A stretch of 64,000 nucleotides of DNA from Gemmatimonadota bacterium (GCA_003222035.1 QHUS01000046.1:4299-68298); one strand, 5' to 3'. Positions 29,464 to 39,003 are shown, counted from the stretch's first letter. Translations and numbers: made by a program. The notes: generated by a model from the sequence alone, not told the origin.

Positions 29464-31111
29464 GCAGCTCCGCCGCGTGGCTCAAGGCGGTCCGCATGTC
29501 GGGGTCGCCGAGCATACGCGCGAGCTCCCGGGTGCGGGCGTCGCCCGTGACGACCTGCACGTCGCTCGTCGCAATTCCACCGCGCGCCCCTTTGGCCACG
29601 ACCAGGTGGTGGTCGGCATAGACACCGATCTGCGGAAGATGGGTGATCACGAGCGCCTGCCGGCCGCCGCCGGTTCGCGCGACGGTCGCGAGCGCCGCGC
29701 CCACCTGCCCGCCCACCTCGCCGCCGATGCCCTGGTCGACCTCGTCGAACACGAGCGTAGGCACCGCGTCGTGCTGCGCCAGGACGACCTTCAGCGCCAG
29801 CATGAGCCGTGAGAGCTCGCCACCTGAGGCGACCTTCGAAAGCGGGCGGGCTTCCAGGCCGACGTTGAGCTGCACCTCGAACGTCACGTCCTCGGCACCA
29901 TGTGCGTGCTGCGTGGTGCGTGGTTGCAACCGCGCCGCGAAGCGGCCACCCTGCATGCCGAGCGCTGGGAGCAGCTCGTTTACGGCGTTCGCCAGGCGAG
30001 CGGCGCCCTTCGTCCGCGTGGCAGTGAGGGCGGCGCAGGCCCCCGCGAACTCCGCCGCGGCGGTCGCACGCTGCTCGGCGATGGTGCGCAGGTCCAGGTC
30101 CGCCGTGTCGAGCAGCTCGAGCTCGCGCGCGGCGCGATCGCGGGTCGCGAGGACGTCGGGCACCGAGGGACCGTATTTCTGAGTGAGCCGGAACAACACG
30201 TCCCGGCGCTGCTCTACCGTGGCGAGCCGCTGCGGGTCGCTCTCGATCCCGGCGGCGTACTCGCGCGCCGCCTGGGCCAGCTCCGCGAGATTGGCGAACG
30301 CGCCGTCCAGGAGCTCCTGCCACTTGGCCACCGCTGGCGAGGGATCGAGGCGCGTGAGGCCGGCGAACAGCTTGGCCGCGCGCGAGAGCCCGCCCGTGTC
30401 GATCGCCTGCTCGAGCTCGCGCGACAGGCGCCCCAGCTCATCGGCATGGGCAAGGCGCTTCGACTCGACGTCCAGCGCCTCCACCTCCCCCGCCCGGGGT
30501 GCGGCCTTCTCGATTTCGTCGACGACATGGCGCAGGTAGTCCGCTTTGCGGCGCACCTCCTCGCGGGCGGCCGTGAGCTCCTGCTCGCGCCGCTCGAGCT
30601 CATGCAAGCGGTCGTGGGCATTCCGCACCGCGGTGCGTTCGACGACCGCGTCCGCGTAGCTGTCGAGGATATCGCGCTGGGCATCTCCGCGGAGCAGGGA
30701 TTGCGTCTCGTGCTGACCGTGGAGGTCCACCAGCAGAGCGCCGAGCTGCGCCAGGACACTCACGGTCGTGGGACTGCCGTTGACCCAGGCGCGGGAGCGC
30801 CCCTCTGCCGTGATCTCGCGCTTGAGAATCAGCCGCCCGTCCTCCAGCTCCACCCCCAGGCTGGTGAAGGATGGTGGAGGACGGTGGAAGATGGTGGAGG
30901 TGAAGTCAAAGGCTCCCTCGATCACGGCTCGTTCCGCGCCGGGGCGGACGACGTCTGCCGAAGCGCGCTCGCCAAGCAGGAGGGCGAGGGCGTCCACCAA
31001 CATGGATTTGCCCGCCCCCGTCTCGCCGGTAAGGACGTTGAGACCACGAGCGAGGGGGAGCGTGACGTCGGCAATGACCGCGAGATCGCGGACGCGCAGC
31101 TCCGCCAGCAC
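29390..31111 (-). CDS. recN: DNA repair protein RecN
   Basis: LRVRDLAVIADVTLPLARGLNVLTGETGAGKSML...ASGGELSRLMLAL...LVFDEVDQGIGG motifs. GTG start. Confidence 0.9.
   Translation of the reverse strand: MLAELRVRDLAVIADVTLPLARGLNVLTGETGAGKSMLVDALALLLGERASADVVRPGAERAVIEGAFDFTSTIFHRPPPSFTSLGVELEDGRLILKREITAEGRSRAWVNGSPTTVSVLAQLGALLVDLHGQHETQSLLRGDAQRDILDSYADAVVERTAVRNAHDRLHELERREQELTAAREEVRRKADYLRHVVDEIEKAAPRAGEVEALDVESKRLAHADELGRLSRELEQAIDTGGLSRAAKLFAGLTRLDPSPAVAKWQELLDGAFANLAELAQAAREYAAGIESDPQRLATVEQRRDVLFRLTQKYGPSVPDVLATRDRAARELELLDTADLDLRTIAEQRATAAAEFAGACAALTATRTKGAARLANAVNELLPALGMQGGRFAARLQPRTTQHAHGAEDVTFEVQLNVGLEARPLSKVASGGELSRLMLALKVVLAQHDAVPTLVFDEVDQGIGGEVGGQVGAALATVARTGGGRQALVITHLPQIGVYADHHLVVAKGARGGIATSDVQVVTGDARTRELARMLGDPDMRTALSHAAELLRRASATPEARSGTALPRGRVPRR
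30863..30902. repeat. 4x10-nt array GGTGGAGGNN inside recN (in frame)
   Basis: GGTGAAGGAT GGTGGAGGAC GGTGGAAGAT GGTGGAGGTG. It encodes TSTIFHRPPPSFT. Confidence 0.85.
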
Positions 31112-31984
31112 TTACTTGCGCTCGCGGTCGGAGAGGTCGCCCCACTGCAGCTTCTTCCGCATCCGTGCGAAGAAGCCTTCGGGGCCCAGACGGACGAGCA
31201 GGACCGGGTGCGCGGCGCGCTTCACGACCAGGCGCTCGCCCGGGGTCATGGTCGTGCCCACCTGGCCGTCGAACGAAACCAGCACGTCCTCGCTCCAGGG
31301 GGGGATCTGCTCGATCGTCACGGCGGCGGTCGACGGCACGACCAGAGGGCGGACGGCGAGGGTGTGCGGACAGATCGCGGCGACGACGATGGCATCCACG
31401 CTCGGGACGACGATCGGCCCGCCGGCGGAGAGTGCGTAGGCGGTCGAGCCGGTGGGCGTGGCCACCACAATCCCGTCAGCCGAGTACTGGCCCACTTCGT
31501 CGCCGTCCACCGAAACGCGCAGCCGAATGACGCGGGCTACCCCCCCCTTATGCACGACCGTGTCGTTCAACACGATCGGCTCGGCGCGGCTCTTGCCCTG
31601 CTTGTCCTCGATGAACGGGGCGAGGGCGAGACGCGACTCGGTGCCGTACGCCCGGCGCACCAGGGTGTCGAGGGCCCAATCGAGCGTCTGTGACGTTGCG
31701 GTAGTGAGAAACCCGACCCGTCCGAGGTTGACGCCGAGGATCGGGGTGCGGGCGCCGTTGAGCGATCGGGCGCCGCGCAACAGCGTCCCGTCGCCACCGA
31801 GTGTGAGCAGACAATCGAGCTGCGACGCGCCATGCAGCGGAGGAGGCGCCGGGTCCGGCCACAGCGGCCCGATCGAGTCCTCGGTGTAGAGCGTGATCCC
31901 GAGCCGGGGCGTGACCTGTGCGAGATGCGCGAGGATGGTCTTGAGATCGCGGTAGCTCGGGTTGCCGACGACCCCGACGTTCAT
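31112..31984 (-). CDS. nadK: NAD kinase
   Basis: ORF 31112..33436 trimmed to ATG 31982-31984 (ATGA overlap with the dxs stop). LTLGGDGTLLRGAR...NLGRVGFL motifs. Confidence 0.9.
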   Translation of the reverse strand: MNVGVVGNPSYRDLKTILAHLAQVTPRLGITLYTEDSIGPLWPDPAPPPLHGASQLDCLLTLGGDGTLLRGARSLNGARTPILGVNLGRVGFLTTATSQTLDWALDTLVRRAYGTESRLALAPFIEDKQGKSRAEPIVLNDTVVHKGGVARVIRLRVSVDGDEVGQYSADGIVVATPTGSTAYALSAGGPIVVPSVDAIVVAAICPHTLAVRPLVVPSTAAVTIEQIPPWSEDVLVSFDGQVGTTMTPGERLVVKRAAHPVLLVRLGPEGFFARMRKKLQWGDLSDRERK

Positions 31985-33882
31985 GAGGGGGTGAGGGATC
32001 CCTCCGCGGCGAGCGCGCGCACCCGCGCCGCGAGCCCGGCGCCGGTGAGCCCCACTTCGGCGAGCTGCTGCGCCCGCGGTGCATGCTCGTAGGTGCGGTC
32101 GGGCACGCCGAGCGGCACGACGCGAACGCCCGGGGCGACGGTTTCCACCAGCCCGGCGAGCGAGGCGCCGAACCCGTTGGTCACGACGCCGTCTTCCACC
32201 GTGACCAACAGACGATGGTCGTGGAGCAACGCGTCGAGCAGCTCCCGGTCCACCGGCTTCAGGAAGCGGCAGTTCACGACCGTGACGTCGAGCCCCTCTT
32301 TGGCGAGTTCTTCCGCGGCGGCCAGGGCCGGCTGACACATCACACCGACGGCGAGCACGGCGCACTCCCGCCCTTTCCGGAGCACCTCCCAGGTGCCATA
32401 GCGGATGGGGGTGACCTCCGCCGCGTGCGGAGTTTCGCCCGGCGCCCGGTCGCGGGGATAGCGGAGAGCAAACGGGCCGCCCTGGCGCTCGAGGGCACAA
32501 CGCAGCAATCCGATCAGCTCTTTGCCGTCCCGTGGCGCGGTCACCGTCATGTTCGGGACGGCGAGCAGATAGGCGATGTCGTAGAGGCCCATGTGCGTCT
32601 GGCCGTCTTCGCCCACCATGCCGGCGCGGTCCAGGCAGAAGATCACCGGGAGATCCTGAATCGCGACGTCGTGGATAATGCTGTCGTAGGCGCGCTGCAG
32701 GAACGTCGAGTAGATCGCAACGACGGGTCGGATGCCCTGTGTCGCGAGTCCGGCGGCGAACGTGGTCGCATGCGCCTCCGCGATCCCGACGTCGAAGAAT
32801 CGATCGGGCCATTTCTTCTGGAAGATGCCCGTCCCCGTTCCCGACGGCATCGCCGCCGTGATCGCCACCACCTTCGGGTACTCGCCGGCGAGCTGGGTGA
32901 GCGCCTCGCCGAACACCGCGGTCCACTGCGGCGGCCCCGCCCCGACCGGGCGCAGCTCTCCGGTGACGGGGTCGTACGGCGCGCGCGCGTGGTACTTCTC
33001 CGAATCCGGCTCCGGGAGCGGGAAGCCCCTGCCCTTCTCGGTGATGACATGCACGACTCGTGGTCCCTTGAGCGTCTTCACGAGCTCGAAGGTCTGCACC
33101 ATCTGGGCGACGTTGTGCCCGTCGATCGGGCCGAAATAGCGAAAGCCGAGCTCCTCGAACAGCATCCCCGGGGACCAGAGGTTTTTGATGCTCTCCTCGA
33201 GGGTCTTGGCGAAGTCCACCAGCTTCTGTCCCCCGACGAGGTGGGAGGCCGTTTCGATCAATCCCTTCACCCGCTCGCGGATGCGCACGGTAATGGGGCT
33301 GGCGATGATCGAGCCGAGGTACCGGTTGATGGCGCCGACGTTGGGGGCAATCGACATGCCGTTGTCGTTCAGGACCATGATGATGTCGCGCCCCGAGTGC
33401 CCCGCGTTGTTCATCGCTTCGTAGGGTAGCCCGCACGTGAGGGCCCCGTCCCCGACGACGGCCACCACCTTGAACTGCTCGCCCACGAGATCACGCGCCG
33501 CGGCGATCCCGTACGCCGCCGAGAGACCGGTGCCGGCGTGACCCGCCCCGAACTGGTCGTGGGGACTCTCGCTGCGGCGCAGAAACCCCGACAGGCCGCC
33601 GGCCTGGCGCAGCGTAGGCAGACGATCGTTGCGGCCGGTGAGAATCTTCCAGGGATAGCCCTGGTGGCCCACGTCCCACACGATCTTGTCGCGTGGCGAG
33701 TCGAAGCAGTAGGCGAGCGCCACGGTCAGCTCGACCACGCCGAGGCCGGCACCGATGTGACCGCCCGTCTGGGATACGACGTCGATCAGCCGGCGTCGGA
33801 CTTCGTCGGCGAGGGGCTGGAGCTGGTCCTTCGAAAGTCGCTTGACGTCTGCGGGACCTGTGATCGTCTCAAGTAGGGGCAC
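31981..33882 (-). CDS. dxs: 1-deoxy-D-xylulose-5-phosphate synthase
   Basis: GGHIGAGLGVVELTVAL...DVGHQGYPWKILTGR...GDGALTCG motifs. Confidence 0.95.
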   Translation of the reverse strand: MPLLETITGPADVKRLSKDQLQPLADEVRRRLIDVVSQTGGHIGAGLGVVELTVALAYCFDSPRDKIVWDVGHQGYPWKILTGRNDRLPTLRQAGGLSGFLRRSESPHDQFGAGHAGTGLSAAYGIAAARDLVGEQFKVVAVVGDGALTCGLPYEAMNNAGHSGRDIIMVLNDNGMSIAPNVGAINRYLGSIIASPITVRIRERVKGLIETASHLVGGQKLVDFAKTLEESIKNLWSPGMLFEELGFRYFGPIDGHNVAQMVQTFELVKTLKGPRVVHVITEKGRGFPLPEPDSEKYHARAPYDPVTGELRPVGAGPPQWTAVFGEALTQLAGEYPKVVAITAAMPSGTGTGIFQKKWPDRFFDVGIAEAHATTFAAGLATQGIRPVVAIYSTFLQRAYDSIIHDVAIQDLPVIFCLDRAGMVGEDGQTHMGLYDIAYLLAVPNMTVTAPRDGKELIGLLRCALERQGGPFALRYPRDRAPGETPHAAEVTPIRYGTWEVLRKGRECAVLAVGVMCQPALAAAEELAKEGLDVTVVNCRFLKPVDRELLDALLHDHRLLVTVEDGVVTNGFGASLAGLVETVAPGVRVVPLGVPDRTYEHAPRAQQLAEVGLTGAGLAARVRALAAEGSLTPS

Positions 33883-33912
33883 GGTTCCCTCGTCGAGAGA
33901 TTGCGGATTGAT

Positions 33913-34881
33913 TCAATTGGGCCTCGTCACAATGTAGTGCGCCAGCTCCGCCAGCGTAGGAGAAACTAACGCCGCCTGCCGCAGGCGGTCCACCGCCCGC
34001 GCCGCCAAGCGCTCCGCCTCGGCGCGGGCCCCGCCCACGCCGAGTAGCGTGACGAAGGTGGTCTTGCCTCGCTCGGACGGCGCCGTCGCGTCGAGCACGT
34101 CGTCGTAGATCTGAAAGGCGAGCCCGACGTCGGCGCCATAGGCGCGCAGCGCTTCGCATGTCGCAGCGGGCGCCCCGGCCGCCAGCCCACCGATCACACA
34201 GGCGGCCGCGATCAGCGCGCCGGTCTTGCGCCGGTGCACGCCCTCGAGCTCCGCCGGTGGCACACGCCGTCCTTCCGCCCGGAGATCGAGGGCCTGCCCC
34301 CCGATCATGCCGCCCCCGCCCGCGGCCCGGAATAGTTCGAGAGCGATCGCCCGGCGGCACGACATGTCGAGTGCGAGTGCCGCCATCCCGGCATCGAGCA
34401 CCCGCGCGCCGAGCGCGACCATGTGATAGCCCGCTACCGTGGCCGTGCGGACGTCGAAGGCCCGATGGGTGGTCGGCCGGCCGCGGCGTAGATCGTCATT
34501 GTCCATGCAGGGCAGGTCGTCGTGGACCAGCGAGTAGGCGTGCACGACCTCGACGGCAGCCGCGACCTCGGCCAATCCAGGACGCTTTCCGCCATCCCCA
34601 CCGCTCGCGGCCACGGCTTCCGCCGACGCGAAGACGAGGGTCGCACGAAGGCGCTTGCCCGCCGACAGCAGACTGTAGCGGATCGCCTCGGGGAGCGGGT
34701 CGCGCCACCAGGTGCCGGCACGCGCGCCCCACTGCTCGAGCGCGGCATCCACGCGAGCCCGTGCGTCCCGGAGGTAGGCTTCGAGGGCGTGATTAGCCGT
34801 CGAAGTCCTCGACCTTGAGATTGCCCGCCCGATCGGCGAGCACCTGTTTGACCTGCGCCTCGGCGGCGGTGAGCCGGTCAC
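33913..34881 (-). CDS. ispA: polyprenyl (farnesyl/geranylgeranyl) diphosphate synthase
   Basis: LVHDDLPCMDNDDLRRG (first DDxxD) and FQIYDDVLD (second) motifs. The only canonical start is GTG 34879-34881, which gives an 89-nt overlap with xseB and an odd Arg-rich N-terminus. The start is therefore uncertain. Confidence 0.8.
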   Translation of the reverse strand: MTGSPPPRRRSNRCSPIGRAISRSRTSTANHALEAYLRDARARVDAALEQWGARAGTWWRDPLPEAIRYSLLSAGKRLRATLVFASAEAVAASGGDGGKRPGLAEVAAAVEVVHAYSLVHDDLPCMDNDDLRRGRPTTHRAFDVRTATVAGYHMVALGARVLDAGMAALALDMSCRRAIALELFRAAGGGGMIGGQALDLRAEGRRVPPAELEGVHRRKTGALIAAACVIGGLAAGAPAATCEALRAYGADVGLAFQIYDDVLDATAPSERGKTTFVTLLGVGGARAEAERLAARAVDRLRQAALVSPTLAELAHYIVTRPN

Positions 34882-35047
34882 GCGCCTCGCGGAGCCGCTC
34901 GATTCCCTCTTCGAACAACTTCAGCGCTTCGTCGAGGTCGAGCTCCTGGGCCTCGAGCCGTCGCACGATTTCTTCCAGGCGATCGAGCTGCTGCGTGAAC
35001 GTGAGCACCTCCCCGCCCTCTCCCTCCCCTCCCCTGGCGCGGGCCAT
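34793..35047 (-). CDS. xseB: exodeoxyribonuclease VII small subunit
   Basis: FTQQLDRLEEIVRRLEAQELDLDEALKLFEEGIERLR. The ATG overlaps the xseA TGA by 1 nt. Confidence 0.8.
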   Translation of the reverse strand: MARARGGEGEGGEVLTFTQQLDRLEEIVRRLEAQELDLDEALKLFEEGIERLREARDRLTAAEAQVKQVLADRAGNLKVEDFDG

Positions 35048-36204
35048 CAGGACTCTCCTGCACGCGCCGCGACGTCGCCGTCCGTCACCCGCAACCGAAA
35101 GCGCAGGCCCGGGGGAAACTGCGCGACGCGCTTGAGCACGCGTCCGTCACCATCGCGCGCGAGCGCGTACCCCCGTTCCAGGATCCTCAGGGGGGACAGG
35201 GCGTCGAGGCGGCCGGCGAGCGCCGCGAGCTCGTGGCGGTGGCGTTCCAGGCGGCGCTCGACGGTGGCGGTGAGGCGGTCGCGCACGCGGTCCAGGCGCT
35301 CGGCGGCGCGTCCAGTCCGCGCCGAGAGCGCGCGCGCCAACCGGACGCCGAGATGTCCGAGGTCGGCCAGGACGTCGGCCCGATCGGGCGTGGCCGCCTC
35401 GGCGGCGGCTGACGGCGTCGGTGCCCGCATGTCCGCGACCAGATCGCACAGGGTCACGTCGGTTTCGTGACCGACGGCGGAGATCACGGGCACGGGGAGG
35501 GCCGCCACGGCGCGCGCCACCCGTTCGTGATTGAACGTCCAGAGGTCTTCGCGCGAGCCACCGCCGCGCCCGATGATGGCAACGTCGAGTTGCTCGAGAC
35601 GACAGAGCAAGGCGAGCGCGCGGCAGATTTCGGCTTCCGCACCCTCTCCCTGCACGCGCGTCGGGATCACGAGCAGCTCCGCGATCGGCCAGCGACGCCG
35701 CGTGACGGCGATGATGTCCCGCAACGCGGCGCCGTCGGGGCTCGTGACGACAGCGATGCGACGCGGGTACGGCGGCAGCCGACGTTTGCGTGCCGGATCG
35801 AGCAGTCCGTCCTTGGCGAGGGCGGCCTTCGCCTTCTCAAAGGCCTGCTGCCACAGCCCGCCTGCCTCGGTCGAAAGCAGATCGACGACGGTGAGGCGCA
35901 ACTCACCCTTCGTCTCCCACACCGTGGGCCGGGCGAAAATGAACACCTGCATACCGTCCTGCGGCTCCATCGGAAGCCGCCGATTGTCCTTCTGGAACAT
36001 GACGCAGCGAAGTTGAGCGCTGCGGTCGCGCAACGCGAAATACCAGTGACCGCTCTGCCACGCCTTGAAGCCCGAGACCTCGCCGCGTACCCACAGGGGC
36101 TCGAGCCCGGCCTCCACAACAGCGCGGACGCGGTGCGCCACCTGGCTGACCGTCCAAGCGCCGTCAGGCGAGACCGAGGCGAACAGGTCTAGGCTTTGAC
36201 CCAC
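35047..36204 (-). CDS. xseA: exodeoxyribonuclease VII large subunit
   Basis: WVRGEVSGFKAWQSGHWYFALRD...VVTSPDGAALRDI...GRGGGSREDLW motifs. Confidence 0.85.
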   Translation of the reverse strand: MGQSLDLFASVSPDGAWTVSQVAHRVRAVVEAGLEPLWVRGEVSGFKAWQSGHWYFALRDRSAQLRCVMFQKDNRRLPMEPQDGMQVFIFARPTVWETKGELRLTVVDLLSTEAGGLWQQAFEKAKAALAKDGLLDPARKRRLPPYPRRIAVVTSPDGAALRDIIAVTRRRWPIAELLVIPTRVQGEGAEAEICRALALLCRLEQLDVAIIGRGGGSREDLWTFNHERVARAVAALPVPVISAVGHETDVTLCDLVADMRAPTPSAAAEAATPDRADVLADLGHLGVRLARALSARTGRAAERLDRVRDRLTATVERRLERHRHELAALAGRLDALSPLRILERGYALARDGDGRVLKRVAQFPPGLRFRLRVTDGDVAARAGES

Positions 36205-37076
36205 TGACGCGCCGCCTGGACGGTGTTGTAGAGCAACATGGTGATCGTCATAGGGCCGACGCCACCCGGCACCGGCGTGATGGCGCCGGCCACCTCTTTC
36301 GCCTCGGCGAACTTCACATCGCCGACCAGGCGGTAGCCCTTCTTGGTGGATGGGTCTTCGACGCGATTCACGCCCACGTCGACGACGACGGCGCCGGGCT
36401 TAATCATGTCACCAGTGATGAACTCGGGTTTCCCGATCGCGACGATCAGGATGTCGGCGAGCCGGGTCACGGACTTCATGTCGCGCGTGCGGGAATGGCT
36501 CACGGTGACCGTGGCATTGCCCCCTGGCCCGTCCTGGAGCAACAAAGCCGCCATGGGCCGGCCCACGATGTTGGAGCGACCCACGATCACGGCGTGGCTA
36601 CCCTTGGTCTCGATCTGACTCCGAACGAGCAGTTGTTGCACGCCGTACGGCGTCGCGGGGCGAAAGCCGGTCGCGTCGCCGATGGAAACCTTGCCCACGT
36701 TCTCCGGGTGGAACCCGTCGACATCCTTCGCCGGCGAGACGCGGTGCAGCACGTGCCCGGTGTCGATGTGCTTGGGCAGCGGGAGTTGCACGAGGATGCC
36801 GTGGATCTTGTGATCCGCGTTCAGCCGCTCGACCAGGCCGAGCAGCTCACCCTCGGTCGTGTCGCGGGACAGGCGGATCGTCTCGTGATACAATCCCGCC
36901 TCATCGCACGCCTTGCCCTTCATCCGGACATACGTCGCCGAGGCCGGGTTGTCGCCCACGAGGACGGCGGCGAGACCCGGGGTGACGCCCTCCGCGCCCA
37001 GCCGGCGGATTTCCGCCGCCAGGTCGGCGCGCATAGCGTCGGCCACGGCACCGCCATCGATGAGCCTAGCGGGCAA
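36189..37076 (-). CDS. folD: bifunctional methylenetetrahydrofolate dehydrogenase/cyclohydrolase
   Basis: PGLAAVLVGDNPASATYVRMK...GILVQLPLP...VVGRSNIVGRPMA motifs. TTG start. Confidence 0.9.
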   Translation of the reverse strand: MPARLIDGGAVADAMRADLAAEIRRLGAEGVTPGLAAVLVGDNPASATYVRMKGKACDEAGLYHETIRLSRDTTEGELLGLVERLNADHKIHGILVQLPLPKHIDTGHVLHRVSPAKDVDGFHPENVGKVSIGDATGFRPATPYGVQQLLVRSQIETKGSHAVIVGRSNIVGRPMAALLLQDGPGGNATVTVSHSRTRDMKSVTRLADILIVAIGKPEFITGDMIKPGAVVVDVGVNRVEDPSTKKGYRLVGDVKFAEAKEVAGAITPVPGGVGPMTITMLLYNTVQAARQWVKA

Positions 37077-38580
37077 AGTCCACCGCGCGGGTCTCGCGGA
37101 TCACCACGACCTTGATCTGGCCGGGGTACTGGAGCTCGCGCTCGACCTTGCGGGCGATCTGCTCGGAGAGCTCGCTCGCCTTGACGTCGTCGATGACGTT
37201 CGGAGTGACCACCACGCGCACTTCCCGTCCCGCCTGGATCGCGAACACCTTTTCGACCCCCGCGAACTCGGCAGCGATCTGCTCGAGCTGGGTGAGCCGC
37301 TTCACGTAGGTCTCGAACGCTTCACGCCGCGCGCCGGGCCGCGAACCCGACACGGCATCGGCCGCCTGCACGATGACGCTGATCGGCGACTCGTGGGCGA
37401 CGTCGTCGTGATGTGCGGCGATGCAGTTCACGACGATGGGATGCTCCCCGTACTTGGTCGCCACCTCGACGCCCAGCTGAACGTGAGTGCCGTCGTGCTC
37501 GTGCGTGAGCACCTTGCCGATGTCGTGCAGCAGCGCGCCCCGCTTCGCGAGCTGGACATCGAGTTTCAGCTCGGCGGCAATGATGCCGGCCAACCATGCG
37601 ACTTCCTTCGAATGCTCGAGAATATTCTGGCCATACGACGTCCGGTAGCGCATCCGGCCTACCAGTTTGACGAGCTCGGGGCTCATCCCCTTGATGCCGG
37701 TCTCGTAGATGGCCTGCTCGCCGGCCTCGAGCACCGAGGCCTCCACCTCGACTCGGGCCTTGTCGACGACCTCTTCGATCCGTCCGGGGTGGATGCGGCC
37801 GTCGGTGATCAACCGTTCGAGCGCCAGCCGGGCGATCTCGCGCCGGACGGGCTCGAAGCAGGAGACAACGACCGTGTCCGGGGTGTCGTCGATGATCACG
37901 TCCACGCCGGTCGCCGCCTCGAACGCCCGGATGTTCCGGCCCTCACGCCCGATGATGCGACCCTTCATCTCGTCGGAGGGGAGCGCCACGGCGGAGACGG
38001 TCGTTTCGGCGGTGGATTCAGGCGCGAGCCGCTGGATGGCGAGCGCGAGAATTTTCTTGGCCTCTTTGTCGGCGTTGCGGCGCGCCTGCTCCTTCAGGTC
38101 CCGGGCGAGGGCCGCCGCCTCGTTGCGGGCTTCATCTTCGAGCCGGCGCAGGAGCTCCTGCTTCGCCTCTTGCGCCGTCAGGCCCGCGATCTGCTCGAGT
38201 CGGGTCCGGGCTTCCAGCTCTTTCGTGCCGAGCGTCCGATCGCGCTCCTCCAGGGCCCGGCCCCGCAGCTCGAGGCCGCGAGCGCGTTCTTCCAGACCTC
38301 CCAGACGCTGCTCGGCCAGCTCTTCCCGCCGCTCGATGTCGCGGCGCCGGCGCGCCGATTCCTCTTCGAAGGTCTCGCGCGCCTGCATCAACTCTTCCTT
38401 GGCGGCGAGCACGACGCGTTGCCGCGCCTCCTCCATCAGCCGCTCCGTCTCCGCCGCCGCCGCCCGGGCCGCGGCCACGGCCGCGCGGCGCTCCACCCGA
38501 CGCCCTACCATGAAGGACAGCACGCCCGCCGCGGCACCGCCGCCGAGCAGGGCTGCACCGACCGCCAGCCAGTCCACCAT
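37066..38580 (-). CDS. rny: ribonuclease Y
   Basis: N-terminal transmembrane segment, a coiled coil, a KH domain (IIGREGRNIRAFE) and an HD domain (LLHDIGK...AAHH). Confidence 0.9.
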   Translation of the reverse strand: MVDWLAVGAALLGGGAAAGVLSFMVGRRVERRAAVAAARAAAAETERLMEEARQRVVLAAKEELMQARETFEEESARRRRDIERREELAEQRLGGLEERARGLELRGRALEERDRTLGTKELEARTRLEQIAGLTAQEAKQELLRRLEDEARNEAAALARDLKEQARRNADKEAKKILALAIQRLAPESTAETTVSAVALPSDEMKGRIIGREGRNIRAFEAATGVDVIIDDTPDTVVVSCFEPVRREIARLALERLITDGRIHPGRIEEVVDKARVEVEASVLEAGEQAIYETGIKGMSPELVKLVGRMRYRTSYGQNILEHSKEVAWLAGIIAAELKLDVQLAKRGALLHDIGKVLTHEHDGTHVQLGVEVATKYGEHPIVVNCIAAHHDDVAHESPISVIVQAADAVSGSRPGARREAFETYVKRLTQLEQIAAEFAGVEKVFAIQAGREVRVVVTPNVIDDVKASELSEQIARKVERELQYPGQIKVVVIRETRAVDFAR

Positions 38581-38641
38581 AGGATCTATCTCCAGCAGCG
38601 CCCCCCCCCCCGCACGCGAGGGCGCGTATAGTTCTGCGTCA

Positions 38642-38700
38642 GCCGTCGTCGGTCATTCTTCGCCCGTCGAGGTGCCTCAACTCACGACGGACGACGGATG
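38642..38700. repeat. bipartite hairpin built from CCGTCG(T) / (A)CGACGG units, straddling the zapA stop codon
   Basis: CCGTCGT (38643-38649) pairs with ACGACGG (38691-38697), and CCGTCG (38663-38668) pairs with CGACGG (38685-38690). The zapA TGA lies in the loop. ACGACGG is tandemly repeated. Confidence 0.65.
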
Positions 38701-39003
38701 ACTCATCACTGCCTTTCGCTTCCCGGGTGGAAGCAACCGTGTCAAATCATCCGCGAGCGCCGCGAGGCGCGCTGCGACCTCGCGCTCGCCCTTCTTCGCT
38801 TGGAACAGCTCGTTCGTGATGTCCAGCGCCGCCAGAATCGCGGCCTTGTGCGTTTCCACGATCGGCCCCAGCGCCAACACCTTCTTCAGCGCCTGGTCCA
38901 CGTACGCGGCCACTTCACGCGTATACTCGGGCGGCAAGTCCGACCGGACGGTGTATTCCTCCCCGCCGATCATCACCCGAACCGCATGCTTCTTGGTGCT
39001 CAT
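38677..39003 (-). CDS. zapA: cell division protein ZapA
   Basis: VRVMIGGEEYTVRSDLPPEYTREVAAYVDQALKKV...AAILAALDITNELF is typical of ZapA. ATGA overlap with the upstream stop. Confidence 0.8.
   Translation of the reverse strand: MSTKKHAVRVMIGGEEYTVRSDLPPEYTREVAAYVDQALKKVLALGPIVETHKAAILAALDITNELFQAKKGEREVAARLAALADDLTRLLPPGKRKAVMSHPSSVVS

Noticed and set aside
31112-31200. An SOS (LexA) box upstream of recN. Also the idea that the GTTC/GAAC cores of the heptamer elements next to recJ are LexA sites.
   Set aside because: I found no CTGT-N8-ACAG, GAAC-N4-GTTC or GTTC-N7-GTTC pattern upstream of recN. The GTTC spacing in the arrays is N3, which matches no LexA motif I know.
38581-38676. 6S RNA (ssrS), which lies downstream of zapA in many bacteria.
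   Set aside because: The gap is only 96 nt, far shorter than a 6S RNA of about 180 nt. It is occupied by the repeat hairpin, the G11 tract and the rny RBS.
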